Positions 28,429-38,055 of a DNA stretch of 64,000 nucleotides are shown one piece after another. The stretch is from an uncultured Solirubrobacterales bacterium (lineage in GTDB: Bacteria > Actinomycetota > Thermoleophilia > Solirubrobacterales > Solirubrobacteraceae): contig CAWHME010000001.1 of assembly GCA_963830465.1 (NCBI GenBank), forward strand, positions 127,515 through 191,514, given 5' to 3'. Both the position numbers and the translations under genes were made by a program. Every line of letters starts with the position of its first letter. Position 1 is the first letter of the stretch. The notes under the pieces are model-generated. The model searched no databases and had not been told where the DNA came from. It was given only the letters and a program-made list of their open reading frames with translations.

Positions 28429-29400
28429 TCAGAGGCCGGCGAGCTCCCCGGGCTCACTTGTGGACGTGCGCTCGTACCTGAGCAGGTCCCGGACCTGCGC
28501 GAGGCGCTCGTACTGCGCCAAGGGATCTGGGCCCAGCGGCATCAGGATCAACTCGCTGACGCCCGCCTCGAGGTACTCCCAGAGCCGCTGCGCGACGTGG
28601 TCGACCGAACCCAGCGCCGCCCACCGCTCAACGGCGGCCAACGGCAGCCTGTACTGGCCTTGCATGTACTCCGAGGCGATGGCGTGCGCGCGGGCGGAGT
28701 CGTCATCGACGTGCACGAGGATCAACAGGGACATGCTGGGCGTCGGCCGGCCCTGAGCAGCCGCGAGCTCGCCCAGCCGGCGATGGCTCTCGGCGAGCGC
28801 CTGGGGCGAGAGCCACATCGGCAGCCACGCGTCGGCGAACCGAGCGGCCCGTCGCAGTGCCGCCTCCCGGCGCCCGCCGACGAGGATCCGCGGCATGCGG
28901 GACACCGGCGGCGCGAGCGGCGGAATGTGAACCTCGAGCCTGCGGCCGAGGTGATCCACGCGGCGCCCGAGCAGCAGGTCGGGCAGGATCGTGAGGATCT
29001 CATCCACACGCGCAGCGCGCTCTGAGACCGGGACCCCGACCGCTTCGAACTCCTCGGGATGCTCCCCGCCGAGCCCCACCCCGAGGGCCACGCGCCTCCC
29101 CGAGAGCGCGTCCAGGCTCTGGAGTTGCTTGGCGATCCAGGCCACCGGACGCAAGCCCACGAGCATCACGCTGAAGCCGAGCGACAGCCGCTCCGTCACC
29201 GCCGCGGCCGCCGACAGAGCCATCGCGGCATCGAGCACCGGCGCGTTGCAGGCCAGATGGTCGCCTACCCAGCCGGCGTCGAAACCGAGCTCCTCGGCTC
29301 GCCGCGCAGCTTCGATCAGCCGCGGAGGCGTCCCCGTATGGAGCGAGTCGAAGGTCGGGAGCAGCACCCCCCAGGCGACGCCATCGATCGCCGAGCTCAC
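28429..29400 (-). CDS. Luciferase-like monooxygenase (LLM-class, probably F420-dependent) oxidoreductase
   Basis: ELGFDAGWVGDHL, LSGRRVALGVGLGG and the general LLM pattern. Confidence 0.8.
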   Translation of the reverse strand: MSSAIDGVAWGVLLPTFDSLHTGTPPRLIEAARRAEELGFDAGWVGDHLACNAPVLDAAMALSAAAAVTERLSLGFSVMLVGLRPVAWIAKQLQSLDALSGRRVALGVGLGGEHPEEFEAVGVPVSERAARVDEILTILPDLLLGRRVDHLGRRLEVHIPPLAPPVSRMPRILVGGRREAALRRAARFADAWLPMWLSPQALAESHRRLGELAAAQGRPTPSMSLLILVHVDDDSARAHAIASEYMQGQYRLPLAAVERWAALGSVDHVAQRLWEYLEAGVSELILMPLGPDPLAQYERLAQVRDLLRYERTSTSEPGELAGL

Positions 29401-29433
29401 GATGGCGGCACCGCCATCGGGTGCGGCGGGCGG

Positions 29434-30333
29434 CTATTCGAGCGCGCTGTCAACGCCGCCCAGCTGCCCGACCAGCGAGCTGCTTGCCGGGTCTCCGTCA
29501 GCTGCCTCGGCGCGCATCAGGCGCACGGTCGACAAGCGCCGCTGGCATAGGTTGACGGCGACGTCCTTGGTCTCGGCGGGCACGGCATCGCCCCACGCCG
29601 CTACCGCGTCGGTTGCCCGCGCCAGCAGCCCGTCGAGGACATCCGACGCCTTCGCCTGGGCCAGACTGCGCAGACCGAAGCCGACATGCCAGCGCTCGTC
29701 GAGCTCGACGCGCTCGACACCCTCGCGTGTTCCCGGCAGCGCGCCATCGGCCACGTCGTCGAGCAACGCGCGCTGACCGGCGGCGAACACCGCCCCCTCG
29801 AGCACCATGTGATAGAGGGCAACTCCGTTGAGCAGGCCGGTCTGCCCGGCCGCTAGCTCGGCGGCCATCTCGGGAAGGCGCACTTCGAACAGCTCGAGCA
29901 GGGCGGCCGGGACCTCGCCCCGCGCCGCGGCCCGTCGCTCGGCGGGCGTGTCTCCGGGCAGCCGGAGCACCTCGGCGGCAATGCGGTCGAAGAGCACCGC
30001 ATGGCGATCCTCGTCGCGACGCTGCAGGAAGAAGATCCACATCATCATCGAGTCGCTGCGCTTGGCGACGTCGGCGAACGGCTTCAGATGCTCGGCGACG
30101 GCGTCCTCGGCCACGCAAAACCCACTCAGCAGCGCGGTAAGGCGGCGGCGGCGCTCGGCCGGCAGCTCGGGCCAGGCGCGGGCGTCGGGAGCTAGGTCGA
30201 TCGCGGTCGCATCCCATTGCAGGCGGGCCACTATCTGCGAGTAGGTCGCAAGCCTCGGGAACATCAGCACCTCGGCGCGGTCGGCGGTCGGAACGCTCAA
30301 CCCACCTGGTCCGATGTACGGGTCTATCTGCAC
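29434..30333 (-). CDS. Ferritin-like di-metal carboxylate protein, R2-like (R2lox-type) oxidase
   Basis: Four ligand motifs in the right order: CVAEDAV (E), RRDEDRHAV (ExxH), LEGAVFAAG (E), DERWHVGFG (ExxH). Confidence 0.65.
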   Translation of the reverse strand: MQIDPYIGPGGLSVPTADRAEVLMFPRLATYSQIVARLQWDATAIDLAPDARAWPELPAERRRRLTALLSGFCVAEDAVAEHLKPFADVAKRSDSMMMWIFFLQRRDEDRHAVLFDRIAAEVLRLPGDTPAERRAAARGEVPAALLELFEVRLPEMAAELAAGQTGLLNGVALYHMVLEGAVFAAGQRALLDDVADGALPGTREGVERVELDERWHVGFGLRSLAQAKASDVLDGLLARATDAVAAWGDAVPAETKDVAVNLCQRRLSTVRLMRAEAADGDPASSSLVGQLGGVDSALE

Positions 30334-30458
30334 GACCTAAAACGCTCCGATCGCTGGCCTCATCGCAGATAGTTTGCCCTATCGCCTGGCAAACCACCGC
30401 AAAGGGCCCGCGCCGCTGCCCCCGCGGGCGGCCGCTGCACACTCGAATCCGCGGGCGG

Positions 30459-32105
30459 CTACTCCTCTGGATCGAGGCCATGCGGATGCAAGTGGTCCTC
30501 GGCCATTCGCTTGAGCCCGAAGCGATCGATCTTCCCGGTCGGGCTGAGTGGCATCTCGTCGAGAAACACGACCTCTTCGGGTGCCTTGTAGCCGATCCGC
30601 TCGCGGCAGAAGACGATCAGATCAGCGCTGGAAGGGCGGATCGCCTCGCCGCGGAGCGTCACGTAGGCGCGGATCGTCTCCCCATGGACGGTGTCATCGA
30701 TGCCGACCACGCCGGCGAGCGCGATCGCGGGGTGCTCGAGCAAGGCGCCTTCGACCTCGAAGGGGCTGACGTTGGAGCCGTCGTGGACGATGATTTGCTT
30801 CTTGCGCCCGTAGAACCACAGGTAACCGTCCTCGTCGGCGTAGGCAAGATCGCCCGAATCCAGCCAGTCACCGGGCATGACCTCCCGGGTCGCGTCCTCA
30901 GCGTTCCAGTAACCAACCATCCGGCTACGCGAGCGAATGAAGATCCGGCCCACTGACCCCGGGCTGGCTCGGTCGCCCGCATCGTCGCGCAGTTCGATCC
31001 GAAAGCCGCTGATCGGCGGGCCGATCGACCCTTGCTTGTTGACCCCAGACGGCGGGTTGAGTGTCGCCAGCCCAACTTCGGTCATCCCGTAGCCCTCGGA
31101 GATCGCAAACCCCGCCGCCGCTGCAAACTCACTCAACAGCTCGGTCGAGACCTTGTCGGAGCCCGCGCGGCAGACCCGCAGCGACGCGAAGTCGTCCGGG
31201 CGCAGCTCGTGATCGTGAACCAGCGCCATCAGTGCCGCCGGGATCATTGCCAGCACGGTCGGCCGGTTGGCGCGCAGCAGCGGCAGCAGCTCATGAGCGT
31301 CGGTGCTCCGGGCAACCACGACCCGGCCGCCCGCCGCCAGGATGCTCAGGGTCCACAGAAACGACCCCAGATGCGACATCGAGGACCCAGGCAGGAACTC
31401 GTCCTCAGCGGTCAGCTCGAACGCCGCCACGGCGCTGGCGATCATCCAGCGCAGCGACTCCCGGGTGTGCGTCACGCCCTTGGCCGGTCCGGTGCTACCA
31501 GAAGTAAAGAAGATCACTGCCGGGATCGATGGATCCGGCGAGGGGTCGAACTTCAGCGGCTCGCTTTCCAGGAGCCGCCCGAAGTCGTGCGGCCAATCGA
31601 CTGCGCCCTCGCCGGCTTCGTCTCGGTAAGCAATCGGCCCGCAACGCAGACCGCGCGTGACGACGCTCGCGGCGATGTCCTCACTGCGCTCGACGTGGGC
31701 CACCAAGGCGTCGGCGCCGCTCACCTCGAGCGCATGGTCGATCTCCCGAAACGTGTAGCGGTAGTTCAGCGGGGCCGCCACCAGCCCCGCCTTGAAGCAC
31801 GCCAGGTAATGCACGACGAGATCGATCCGGTTAGGCATCAACGACGCCACCCGATCTCCCTCCCTCAGCCCCAGGCCGCGGTAACCGCCGGCCAGCGCCG
31901 AGCTGAGTGCCTCGAGCTCGCGCCAACTGATCGAGCGCGCGATTGACACCATCACGGTCTCCTCGGGGCGATCGGCCAGGCCGCGGTGAAGCAGCTGATT
32001 CAGCGGCGCGGCCGGGGAGGAGAGTTCTGGCCCCGCTAGCAGCATCGGTAGATCATAAGCGCGGCGACCCGAGCGACTCCGGGGCGCCGAGGTTGTGGCA
32101 GTCAC
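30459..32105 (-). CDS. AMP-dependent acyl-CoA synthetase/ligase
   Basis: FFTSGSTGPAKGV P-loop-like motif, EGYGMTE, WLDSGDLAYADEDGYLWFYGRKK, and a terminal PTGKIDR. Confidence 0.85.
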   Translation of the reverse strand: MTATTSAPRSRSGRRAYDLPMLLAGPELSSPAAPLNQLLHRGLADRPEETVMVSIARSISWRELEALSSALAGGYRGLGLREGDRVASLMPNRIDLVVHYLACFKAGLVAAPLNYRYTFREIDHALEVSGADALVAHVERSEDIAASVVTRGLRCGPIAYRDEAGEGAVDWPHDFGRLLESEPLKFDPSPDPSIPAVIFFTSGSTGPAKGVTHTRESLRWMIASAVAAFELTAEDEFLPGSSMSHLGSFLWTLSILAAGGRVVVARSTDAHELLPLLRANRPTVLAMIPAALMALVHDHELRPDDFASLRVCRAGSDKVSTELLSEFAAAAGFAISEGYGMTEVGLATLNPPSGVNKQGSIGPPISGFRIELRDDAGDRASPGSVGRIFIRSRSRMVGYWNAEDATREVMPGDWLDSGDLAYADEDGYLWFYGRKKQIIVHDGSNVSPFEVEGALLEHPAIALAGVVGIDDTVHGETIRAYVTLRGEAIRPSSADLIVFCRERIGYKAPEEVVFLDEMPLSPTGKIDRFGLKRMAEDHLHPHGLDPEE

Positions 32106-32513
32106 CGATCCTTTAGCTGCTCCCGGCGACCGTGCCCGCCCACGCTGTCCACTTCACCATTCAGCGGCCCCTTGCTGCGGCTGGACCGGCAGGTTTGACG
32201 CCCGATTGACGCTGGCTCGATGGATGGCTGCCACTCTCGCGGACAGCCGATCGGCGGCCACACGCAACGATCGAGTCGCAATCCCGCCGCCTTCCGGCCG
32301 ACGGACCAGCCCAATCACGCCGCAGCGATGCCCATCCTGCGGGATCGGAGAACACAAATGAAACGAGTCATGACAAGAACCGTCCTGGTCGCCGTGCTGG
32401 CCACGCTGTCCTCGAGCGCAGTGGCGCAAGCGTTCACGCCAGTCCCGATCCCGACGCCGCGTGTTAGTAGCGTTGCCGCGAACGCCCGGGTGCCCTGAGG
32501 GTCGCCGACCACG

Positions 32514-33125
32514 CTAGCTGGCAGGCTCCAGCGCGCGCCTCAGCAGCTGGAGCAGGTCTTCGCTTCGCTGCACGAGGTCGGCCCCGCGGGCGAGCAGATC
32601 CGAGATCAGATCGATTCCGACGATCGTCGCGAAGATCGTCTCGGCCGTGCGCCGGGGATCGACGTCGTCTCGAAACACCCCCTCCGCCTGGCCACGGGTG
32701 ACCAGCGCTTGCAGCAGCTCGATCGCGGTCTCTTGATAGGAGGAGTATTCGGAGTCGGGACCGGACTGCGCGCCGAGCTCGGCCCCGAGCGTGAGCACGC
32801 AGTGCAACGAGCGGTCCTCCTGCAGGAGCGCAGCGCGGACGCGAACCAGCGCGGCGAACTGCAGCTGCGCATCGGGCTGGGTCCCGGCCTGCGCGACGAG
32901 CCTTTCGATCAGCTCCTGCTGCTTGTAGCGAAAGGTCGCCAGCGCGAGCTCTTCCTTTGAGGCGAAATGGAAGTAGAACGCCCCCTTGGTCAACCCGCTG
33001 TCACGAATCAGCGCGTTCAGGGATGTGCCGCGGTAGCCGTGCTGCGCAAAGGCCAGGGCCGCCTGCTCGAGGATCTGCTCGCGGGTTCGACGCGCGCGTT
33101 CCTGAACCTGCGTCCGGTCGCTCAT
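32514..33125 (-). CDS. TetR family transcriptional regulator
   Basis: ILEQAALAFAQHGYRGTSLNALIRDSGLTKGAFYFHFASKEE HTH. ATG 33125 lies inside the track ORF. Confidence 0.85.
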   Translation of the reverse strand: MSDRTQVQERARRTREQILEQAALAFAQHGYRGTSLNALIRDSGLTKGAFYFHFASKEELALATFRYKQQELIERLVAQAGTQPDAQLQFAALVRVRAALLQEDRSLHCVLTLGAELGAQSGPDSEYSSYQETAIELLQALVTRGQAEGVFRDDVDPRRTAETIFATIVGIDLISDLLARGADLVQRSEDLLQLLRRALEPAS

Positions 33126-33144
33126 GCCGCGGGGCTCCAGGCCG

Positions 33145-33600
33145 TCACTGCGCTGGAGCCATCCCGTAGCGCTTCCAGAGCCCCGGCATGAACTCGGGAT
33201 CGGCGATCCGTCCTTGCGCCGCCGCGTCTGCAACCTCCTCGACGAATCGCTCGAAGCCGCCGGGCTGGCACACGATCAGCAGGGTGACCGGCTCGTCAAA
33301 CGGGTTGGCGAAGCCGTGGGGCTCCTCACCGGATGCGAACACAAATCCACCCTCGCCGCAGTCGACCGTGTCGGCGCCCAAGCAGAAGCGACACCTTCCC
33401 TTGAGCACGTAGAAGCACTCATCGAATGAAGGGTGGGTGTGAAGTCCCGGCCCCCGGGGCGCCGCCTCGTACTCGAGCACTGAGAGCGCGCCGCCGGTGG
33501 CCTGCGCGCCGACCTTGACGGTGACTGAGCTGGGGCCGGCTGAGAAGGTCTTGCCTTCACCGGCGGCGATCGCGAGCGAGCGCATGGCTGTCTGCGGCAT
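33145..33600 (-). CDS. Cupin domain protein
   Basis: GGGAGGGAG RBS before ATG 33600. GLHTHPSFDECFYVLKG...GGFVFASGEEPHGF cupin motifs. Confidence 0.75.
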   Translation of the reverse strand: MPQTAMRSLAIAAGEGKTFSAGPSSVTVKVGAQATGGALSVLEYEAAPRGPGLHTHPSFDECFYVLKGRCRFCLGADTVDCGEGGFVFASGEEPHGFANPFDEPVTLLIVCQPGGFERFVEEVADAAAQGRIADPEFMPGLWKRYGMAPAQ

Positions 33601-33768
33601 GTAGATGACTCCCTCCCGATGGTCGAGTACGGGGCGAATAAAATACCTACCGGTCGGTTTGAAAGTCAATCAAATTCGATCACTGGCCACGTCACGCGAC
33701 CGCCAGATGCTCTAGCTTTTGAGCGGCGAGCTCGGGGTCGGTCCCGCTGGAACCGAGGAGGGTTTGCC

Positions 33769-34680
33769 GTGATCACCGTCATCTGCGCCATGGGGGCCGC
33801 GTTCTGCAACGCCTCGTGGGCGGTGATGGCGCGGTTGGCCGGCGTCGACGCGCCCAAGGGCCAGTCGCCATGGCGAACGGGGTGGCACCTCGTCCATCAG
33901 CCGGTCTGGCTGGTGGGTCAAGCGTTCGCAGTCGGGGTATTCGTGCTCAGCGGGGTCGCGCTCTACTTCGGTGAGCTGGCAGTCGTGCAGCCGCTGTTGG
34001 TAATGGAGCTGATATTTGCCTTGGCGCTGCGCCAGTTTCGCCTGCATGACGCGATCCCGGTCAAGTCTTGGTACGCGGCGATCCTGATCTGCTTGGGGCT
34101 GGGCGCGTTTCTCGCGGTGGCCAAGTTCCACGGCGGCGCGCGCGTCCCGAGGACGCTGGACTGGGTAGTTGCTCTCGCGGTATGGAGCTTCGTCGCAGTG
34201 CTATTGGTCCTCGTCGGACGGCGCGGGTCCCCGGCACGGCGGGCGGGTTGCATAGGCGCAGCCGCCGCGGTGGTCTGGTCGCTGGATGCGAGCTTTGTCA
34301 AGAAACTCACTGAAACCTTGCAACATCACGGCTTGCTGGGCGTCTTTGACCACTGGCCGCTGTACGCGCTGGTGCTCAGCGGGATCACGGGGGCGGTGCT
34401 CACCCAGGCCGCTTTCGATGCCGGCCCGCTCTCGGCCTCGCAGCCCGCGCTGCTGATCGTCGACCCGCTGGCGAGCATCATCCTTGGGATGCTGATCTTC
34501 GGTGAGCGCCTCGACAGCACTGTCCCCGCCCTGATCGGGACTGCGTTTGCGCTCCTGGTCATGTTTACCGGCGTCGTGCTGATGTCACTCTGGGCGCCGC
34601 CTTCGATGGAGCCGATTCCGGGAGATCCGTTGACGATCATGCGCTACGGCAGGAGAGCCACGACGCAAACGACGGACTGA
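33769..34680 (+). CDS. DMT-superfamily-like 10-TM membrane protein
   Basis: GGAGGG then 6 nt then GTG 33769. Two-fold repeated 5-TM hydrophobic pattern (ELAVVQPLLVMELIFAL / SQPALLIVDPLASIILG). Confidence 0.55.
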   Translation: MITVICAMGAAFCNASWAVMARLAGVDAPKGQSPWRTGWHLVHQPVWLVGQAFAVGVFVLSGVALYFGELAVVQPLLVMELIFALALRQFRLHDAIPVKSWYAAILICLGLGAFLAVAKFHGGARVPRTLDWVVALAVWSFVAVLLVLVGRRGSPARRAGCIGAAAAVVWSLDASFVKKLTETLQHHGLLGVFDHWPLYALVLSGITGAVLTQAAFDAGPLSASQPALLIVDPLASIILGMLIFGERLDSTVPALIGTAFALLVMFTGVVLMSLWAPPSMEPIPGDPLTIMRYGRRATTQTTD

Positions 34681-34927
34681 GGGCCCCGGCTGATCGACCC
34701 CGCACGTCAACCAGTGGCGAAGCTGCGCGATGCATGGCTCGATCGGGGGCGGCTATGCGGGAGATTTTCCCTCGCTCCAGCAGCGATCTGAGAGCATCCT
34801 CGCGGATGCACGGGGCCGATCGGCAGGCGCTTCTCGAGGCAGCCGAGACTGCCCGTTATCGAGAGCGCTCTCGCCGGCGTCCGCAGCGACCGGCGTGCTC
34901 CGGGTGAGAGTGTGCGAGGAGGAAAGC

Positions 34928-35269
34928 GTGACGGCCGAGATCGTTTACGAGGACGTGCTCGCGGAAGCGACACCATTGCAGACCGGTAGCGTCGTGGAAA
35001 GCGCCCCTGTTGATGTCAACGGTGCCCGCGAGGTGCATCTGATGTTCGGTGTCACCGAACCACACACCGACGTCTACTGGAGACTGTTCTTCGGTCCCCT
35101 GAGCAACGGCGCATTCTCGCTGACGAACTCGGGCAGCTTCGAGGATGCCAGCAGTGTCGCGATCGCAGTGCCGGTGTTCGCACCGAGCCTGTTCCTCGAG
35201 CTCGACAATCAGAGCACCCAAGATGAAACCGGCTTTGGCAAGATCTACTTCATCCGCGACGTCACTTAG
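34928..35269 (+). CDS. Hypothetical 113-aa protein
   Basis: GAGGAGGAAAGC immediately precedes GTG 34928. Beta-rich, lower-GC coding segment with no signal peptide and no family recognised. Confidence 0.4.
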   Translation: MTAEIVYEDVLAEATPLQTGSVVESAPVDVNGAREVHLMFGVTEPHTDVYWRLFFGPLSNGAFSLTNSGSFEDASSVAIAVPVFAPSLFLELDNQSTQDETGFGKIYFIRDVT

Positions 35270-35331
35270 CAGGTGAGCAACAAGGTACCAGCGCCGGCGG
35301 TGACAGGACGGTGGAGAGAGAGGAGTGAGAT

Positions 35332-36846
35332 ATGCCGACCATGATCTCGCCATTGCGCCGCGCGGTGCACGTCGGATCCGAACGCACCGCGGTTCGATGC
35401 GGCGAGGTGGGGCTGACATACGATCAGCTCTCAGAGCGCGTCGGCCGGCTCGTCGGCGCCCTCCAGGCGCTCGGCATCGAGCAGGGAGATCGCGTTGCGG
35501 TGGTGGCTCGCAACTGTCATCGCTACCTGGAGCTCTACCAGGGAGTGCCCGGCGCAGGGATGGTGCTCGTGCCGCTGAACCACCGTCACACGTCCACCGA
35601 ACTCGCCTACGAGCTCGAGGACTCCGGCGCGAGGCTGTTATTCGCCGGTCGGGAAATCGACTACCCGACGGGCGTCGTCGAGCGGGTAAGGGACCTCGAC
35701 GACGGCTACGAGGCGCTACTTGCCGATGCGGCCCCGGCGCAACCACCGGGCGACCTCTCGGCCGAGACGATGGCTGGTCTCTTCTATACCGGGGGAACGA
35801 CGGGTCCCGCGAAGGGCGTGATGCTGACGCACCGGAACCTGATCGCAAACGCGCTGCACTTCCAGGCCTCGGCCGCGTTTGCTGCTGACATTCGCTGGCT
35901 GATCGCGGCACCGATGTATCACCTCGCCGGCACGATCGCGGTCCTCGCCACGGTCTGGCACGGCGGCCGCAACGTCATCCTGCCGGCGTTTGCCCCAGGC
36001 CCGGCGCTCGATTTGATCGAGAGCGAGCGGGTGACGGCGACGACGCTGGTCCCGACGATGCTCGCGGCGCTGTGCGACGAGCAGTTCGCGCGCCCGCGTG
36101 ACGTCTCAACGGTGCGCCTGATCATCCACGGCGGCGCGCCGATCGCCACCGAGACCGTCCGCCGGGCTCACGCTGCGTTCGCGAACGCCGAGCTGATGAA
36201 TATCTATGGCGCGACGGAGACCTCGCCGATCGCGACCGTGCTGCCCCATGGGGAACGGTTCCTGGACGCGCCGCAAGCGCGCTCTTGCGGGCAGCCGGCG
36301 ATCGGTGTCGAGGTGAGGGTGCTCGACCCCGCCACCGGCTCGCCGGCGGCGGCCGGGACGGTTGGCGAAATCGCCATCCGCGGAGAGAACGTGATGGCAG
36401 GCTATTGGAACAAGCCGCAGGCCACTGAGGCGGCACTCACCGGCGGCTGGTATCGCTCGGGGGATCTCGGCTACATGGACGAGCGCGGCTTCCTGTACCT
36501 GGTCGACCGCGCGAAGGACATGATCGTCTCGGGCGGCGAGAACGTGTACAGCACCGAGGTCGAGGAGGTGCTCTACCGGCACGGGGCCGTGCTCGAGGCG
36601 GCCGTGTTCGGGATCCCTGACCGACGCTGGGGTGAGGCGGTGCACGCGGTCGTCGTTCCCCGCGCGCCGGTCGACGAGCTCGAGCTGTTGCGCCATTGCC
36701 GGGCGTCGATCGCCGAGTACAAGGTCCCGAAGCGGATCGAGCTTCGCAGCGAGCCGTTGCCGAAGTCAGGCGCCGGCAAACTGCTAAAGCGCAAACTGCG
36801 CGCGCCGTACTGGGCCGGCCATGAGACGATGATCGCCGGCGCATGA
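35332..36846 (+). CDS. AMP-dependent acyl-CoA synthetase/ligase (FadD-like)
   Basis: YTGGTTGPAKGV, YGATETS, WYRSGDLGYMDERGFLYLVDRAKDMI and SGAGKLLKR motifs. Confidence 0.9.
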   Translation: MPTMISPLRRAVHVGSERTAVRCGEVGLTYDQLSERVGRLVGALQALGIEQGDRVAVVARNCHRYLELYQGVPGAGMVLVPLNHRHTSTELAYELEDSGARLLFAGREIDYPTGVVERVRDLDDGYEALLADAAPAQPPGDLSAETMAGLFYTGGTTGPAKGVMLTHRNLIANALHFQASAAFAADIRWLIAAPMYHLAGTIAVLATVWHGGRNVILPAFAPGPALDLIESERVTATTLVPTMLAALCDEQFARPRDVSTVRLIIHGGAPIATETVRRAHAAFANAELMNIYGATETSPIATVLPHGERFLDAPQARSCGQPAIGVEVRVLDPATGSPAAAGTVGEIAIRGENVMAGYWNKPQATEAALTGGWYRSGDLGYMDERGFLYLVDRAKDMIVSGGENVYSTEVEEVLYRHGAVLEAAVFGIPDRRWGEAVHAVVVPRAPVDELELLRHCRASIAEYKVPKRIELRSEPLPKSGAGKLLKRKLRAPYWAGHETMIAGA

Positions 36847-38009
36847 GCTCGGACACCGACACCCGGCTGGACGCGGCAACTCTCTACGGGACGCTGACGA
36901 ACGACTTCGAGCGAGCGCTACGCGTGTCCGAGCTCGTCTACGAGGCGGCCGAGCGGTTCCCCGGCCAACTGCCGACCCGAGCCGAGATCAATGCGGAACG
37001 GACGCGGATCCAGAAGGACAAAGCCGGTCTGGAGCGCGCTCAAGGCGAGTTCGTCGCGCGAGTGCTGGCCGATCCGCGCTGCGGGTTTCATCTGATCCAC
37101 TCGATGACCCAGCCACGGCCGGAGTCGCTCGCGGCGCTGCCCGAGTTCCGCCGTCACGGGACGCTCGATCTCGGTCCGGTCCGGCTCGACCGCCAGGGGC
37201 GCCTTGGTCACGTCACGTTTCAGAACCATTCCTGCTTGAACGCAGAGGACGACGATTCCACTCGGGCGCTCGAGGTCGCGATCGACCTCGTACTGCTCGA
37301 CGATTCCGTCGACGTCGGCGTCCTGCGCGGCGGTCCGGCGACGCACTGGAAGTACGCCGGGCGTCGCGTGTTCGACTCTGGCATCAACCTGACCCACCTC
37401 TACGACGGCAAGATCTCGTTCGTCGAGTTCCTGCTCGAGCGCGACCTGGGAGCGCTCTCGAAGATGTACCGCGGTCACGGTGTCGGCGCATTCGATGGCA
37501 TCGAATCCGAGGACCGCCGCGAGAAGCCCTGGATCGCGGTCGTCGAGAGCCACGCGATCGGTGGCGGCTGTCAGTTACTGCTCGTGATGGACCGGGTCAT
37601 CGCCGAGACCGGCTCCTATTTCAGCCTGCCGGCCCGCAAGGAGGGGATCATCCCAGGATGCGCGAACTTGCGCCTGCCGCGGCTAGTCGGCGAGCAGCTC
37701 GCGCGCCGCGCGATCTTCTTCAATTATGCGTTCGACGCCGCCAGCGCCGAGGGGCGCTTGATCGCCGACGAGGTGATCGACGCGGCGGCTATCGATCAGG
37801 CGATCGAGCGCTCGGCGGTCGAGCTGTTGAGAGCGGGCAAGGCGAGTCTCTACGCCAACCGCAGGGCCCTACGCGAGGCGCAGGAGCCGCTCGATCGCTT
37901 CCGCACCTACATGAGTACCTACGCCCGCGAACAGGCACGCTGTCTCTACAGCGATGCGCTGATCGACAACCTCGAGCGGGACTGGCTGCCGGCGCGTGGC
38001 CGAACCTGA
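36843..38009 (+). CDS. Crotonase-fold protein, DpgC-like (cofactor-independent acyl-CoA dioxygenase-like)
   Basis: ATGA overlap with the upstream ligase. Long N-terminal extension, plus GINLTHLYDGKISFVEF, EKPWIAVVESHAIGGGCQLLLVMD and LPARKEGIIPGCANLRLPR blocks, which I recall from DpgC-type enzymes. Confidence 0.7.
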   Translation: MSSDTDTRLDAATLYGTLTNDFERALRVSELVYEAAERFPGQLPTRAEINAERTRIQKDKAGLERAQGEFVARVLADPRCGFHLIHSMTQPRPESLAALPEFRRHGTLDLGPVRLDRQGRLGHVTFQNHSCLNAEDDDSTRALEVAIDLVLLDDSVDVGVLRGGPATHWKYAGRRVFDSGINLTHLYDGKISFVEFLLERDLGALSKMYRGHGVGAFDGIESEDRREKPWIAVVESHAIGGGCQLLLVMDRVIAETGSYFSLPARKEGIIPGCANLRLPRLVGEQLARRAIFFNYAFDAASAEGRLIADEVIDAAAIDQAIERSAVELLRAGKASLYANRRALREAQEPLDRFRTYMSTYAREQARCLYSDALIDNLERDWLPARGRT

Positions 38010-38055
38010 GACCAGTGTCCAGACTTCCACGCGCAACTGGCAAACGTGGGAGAGC

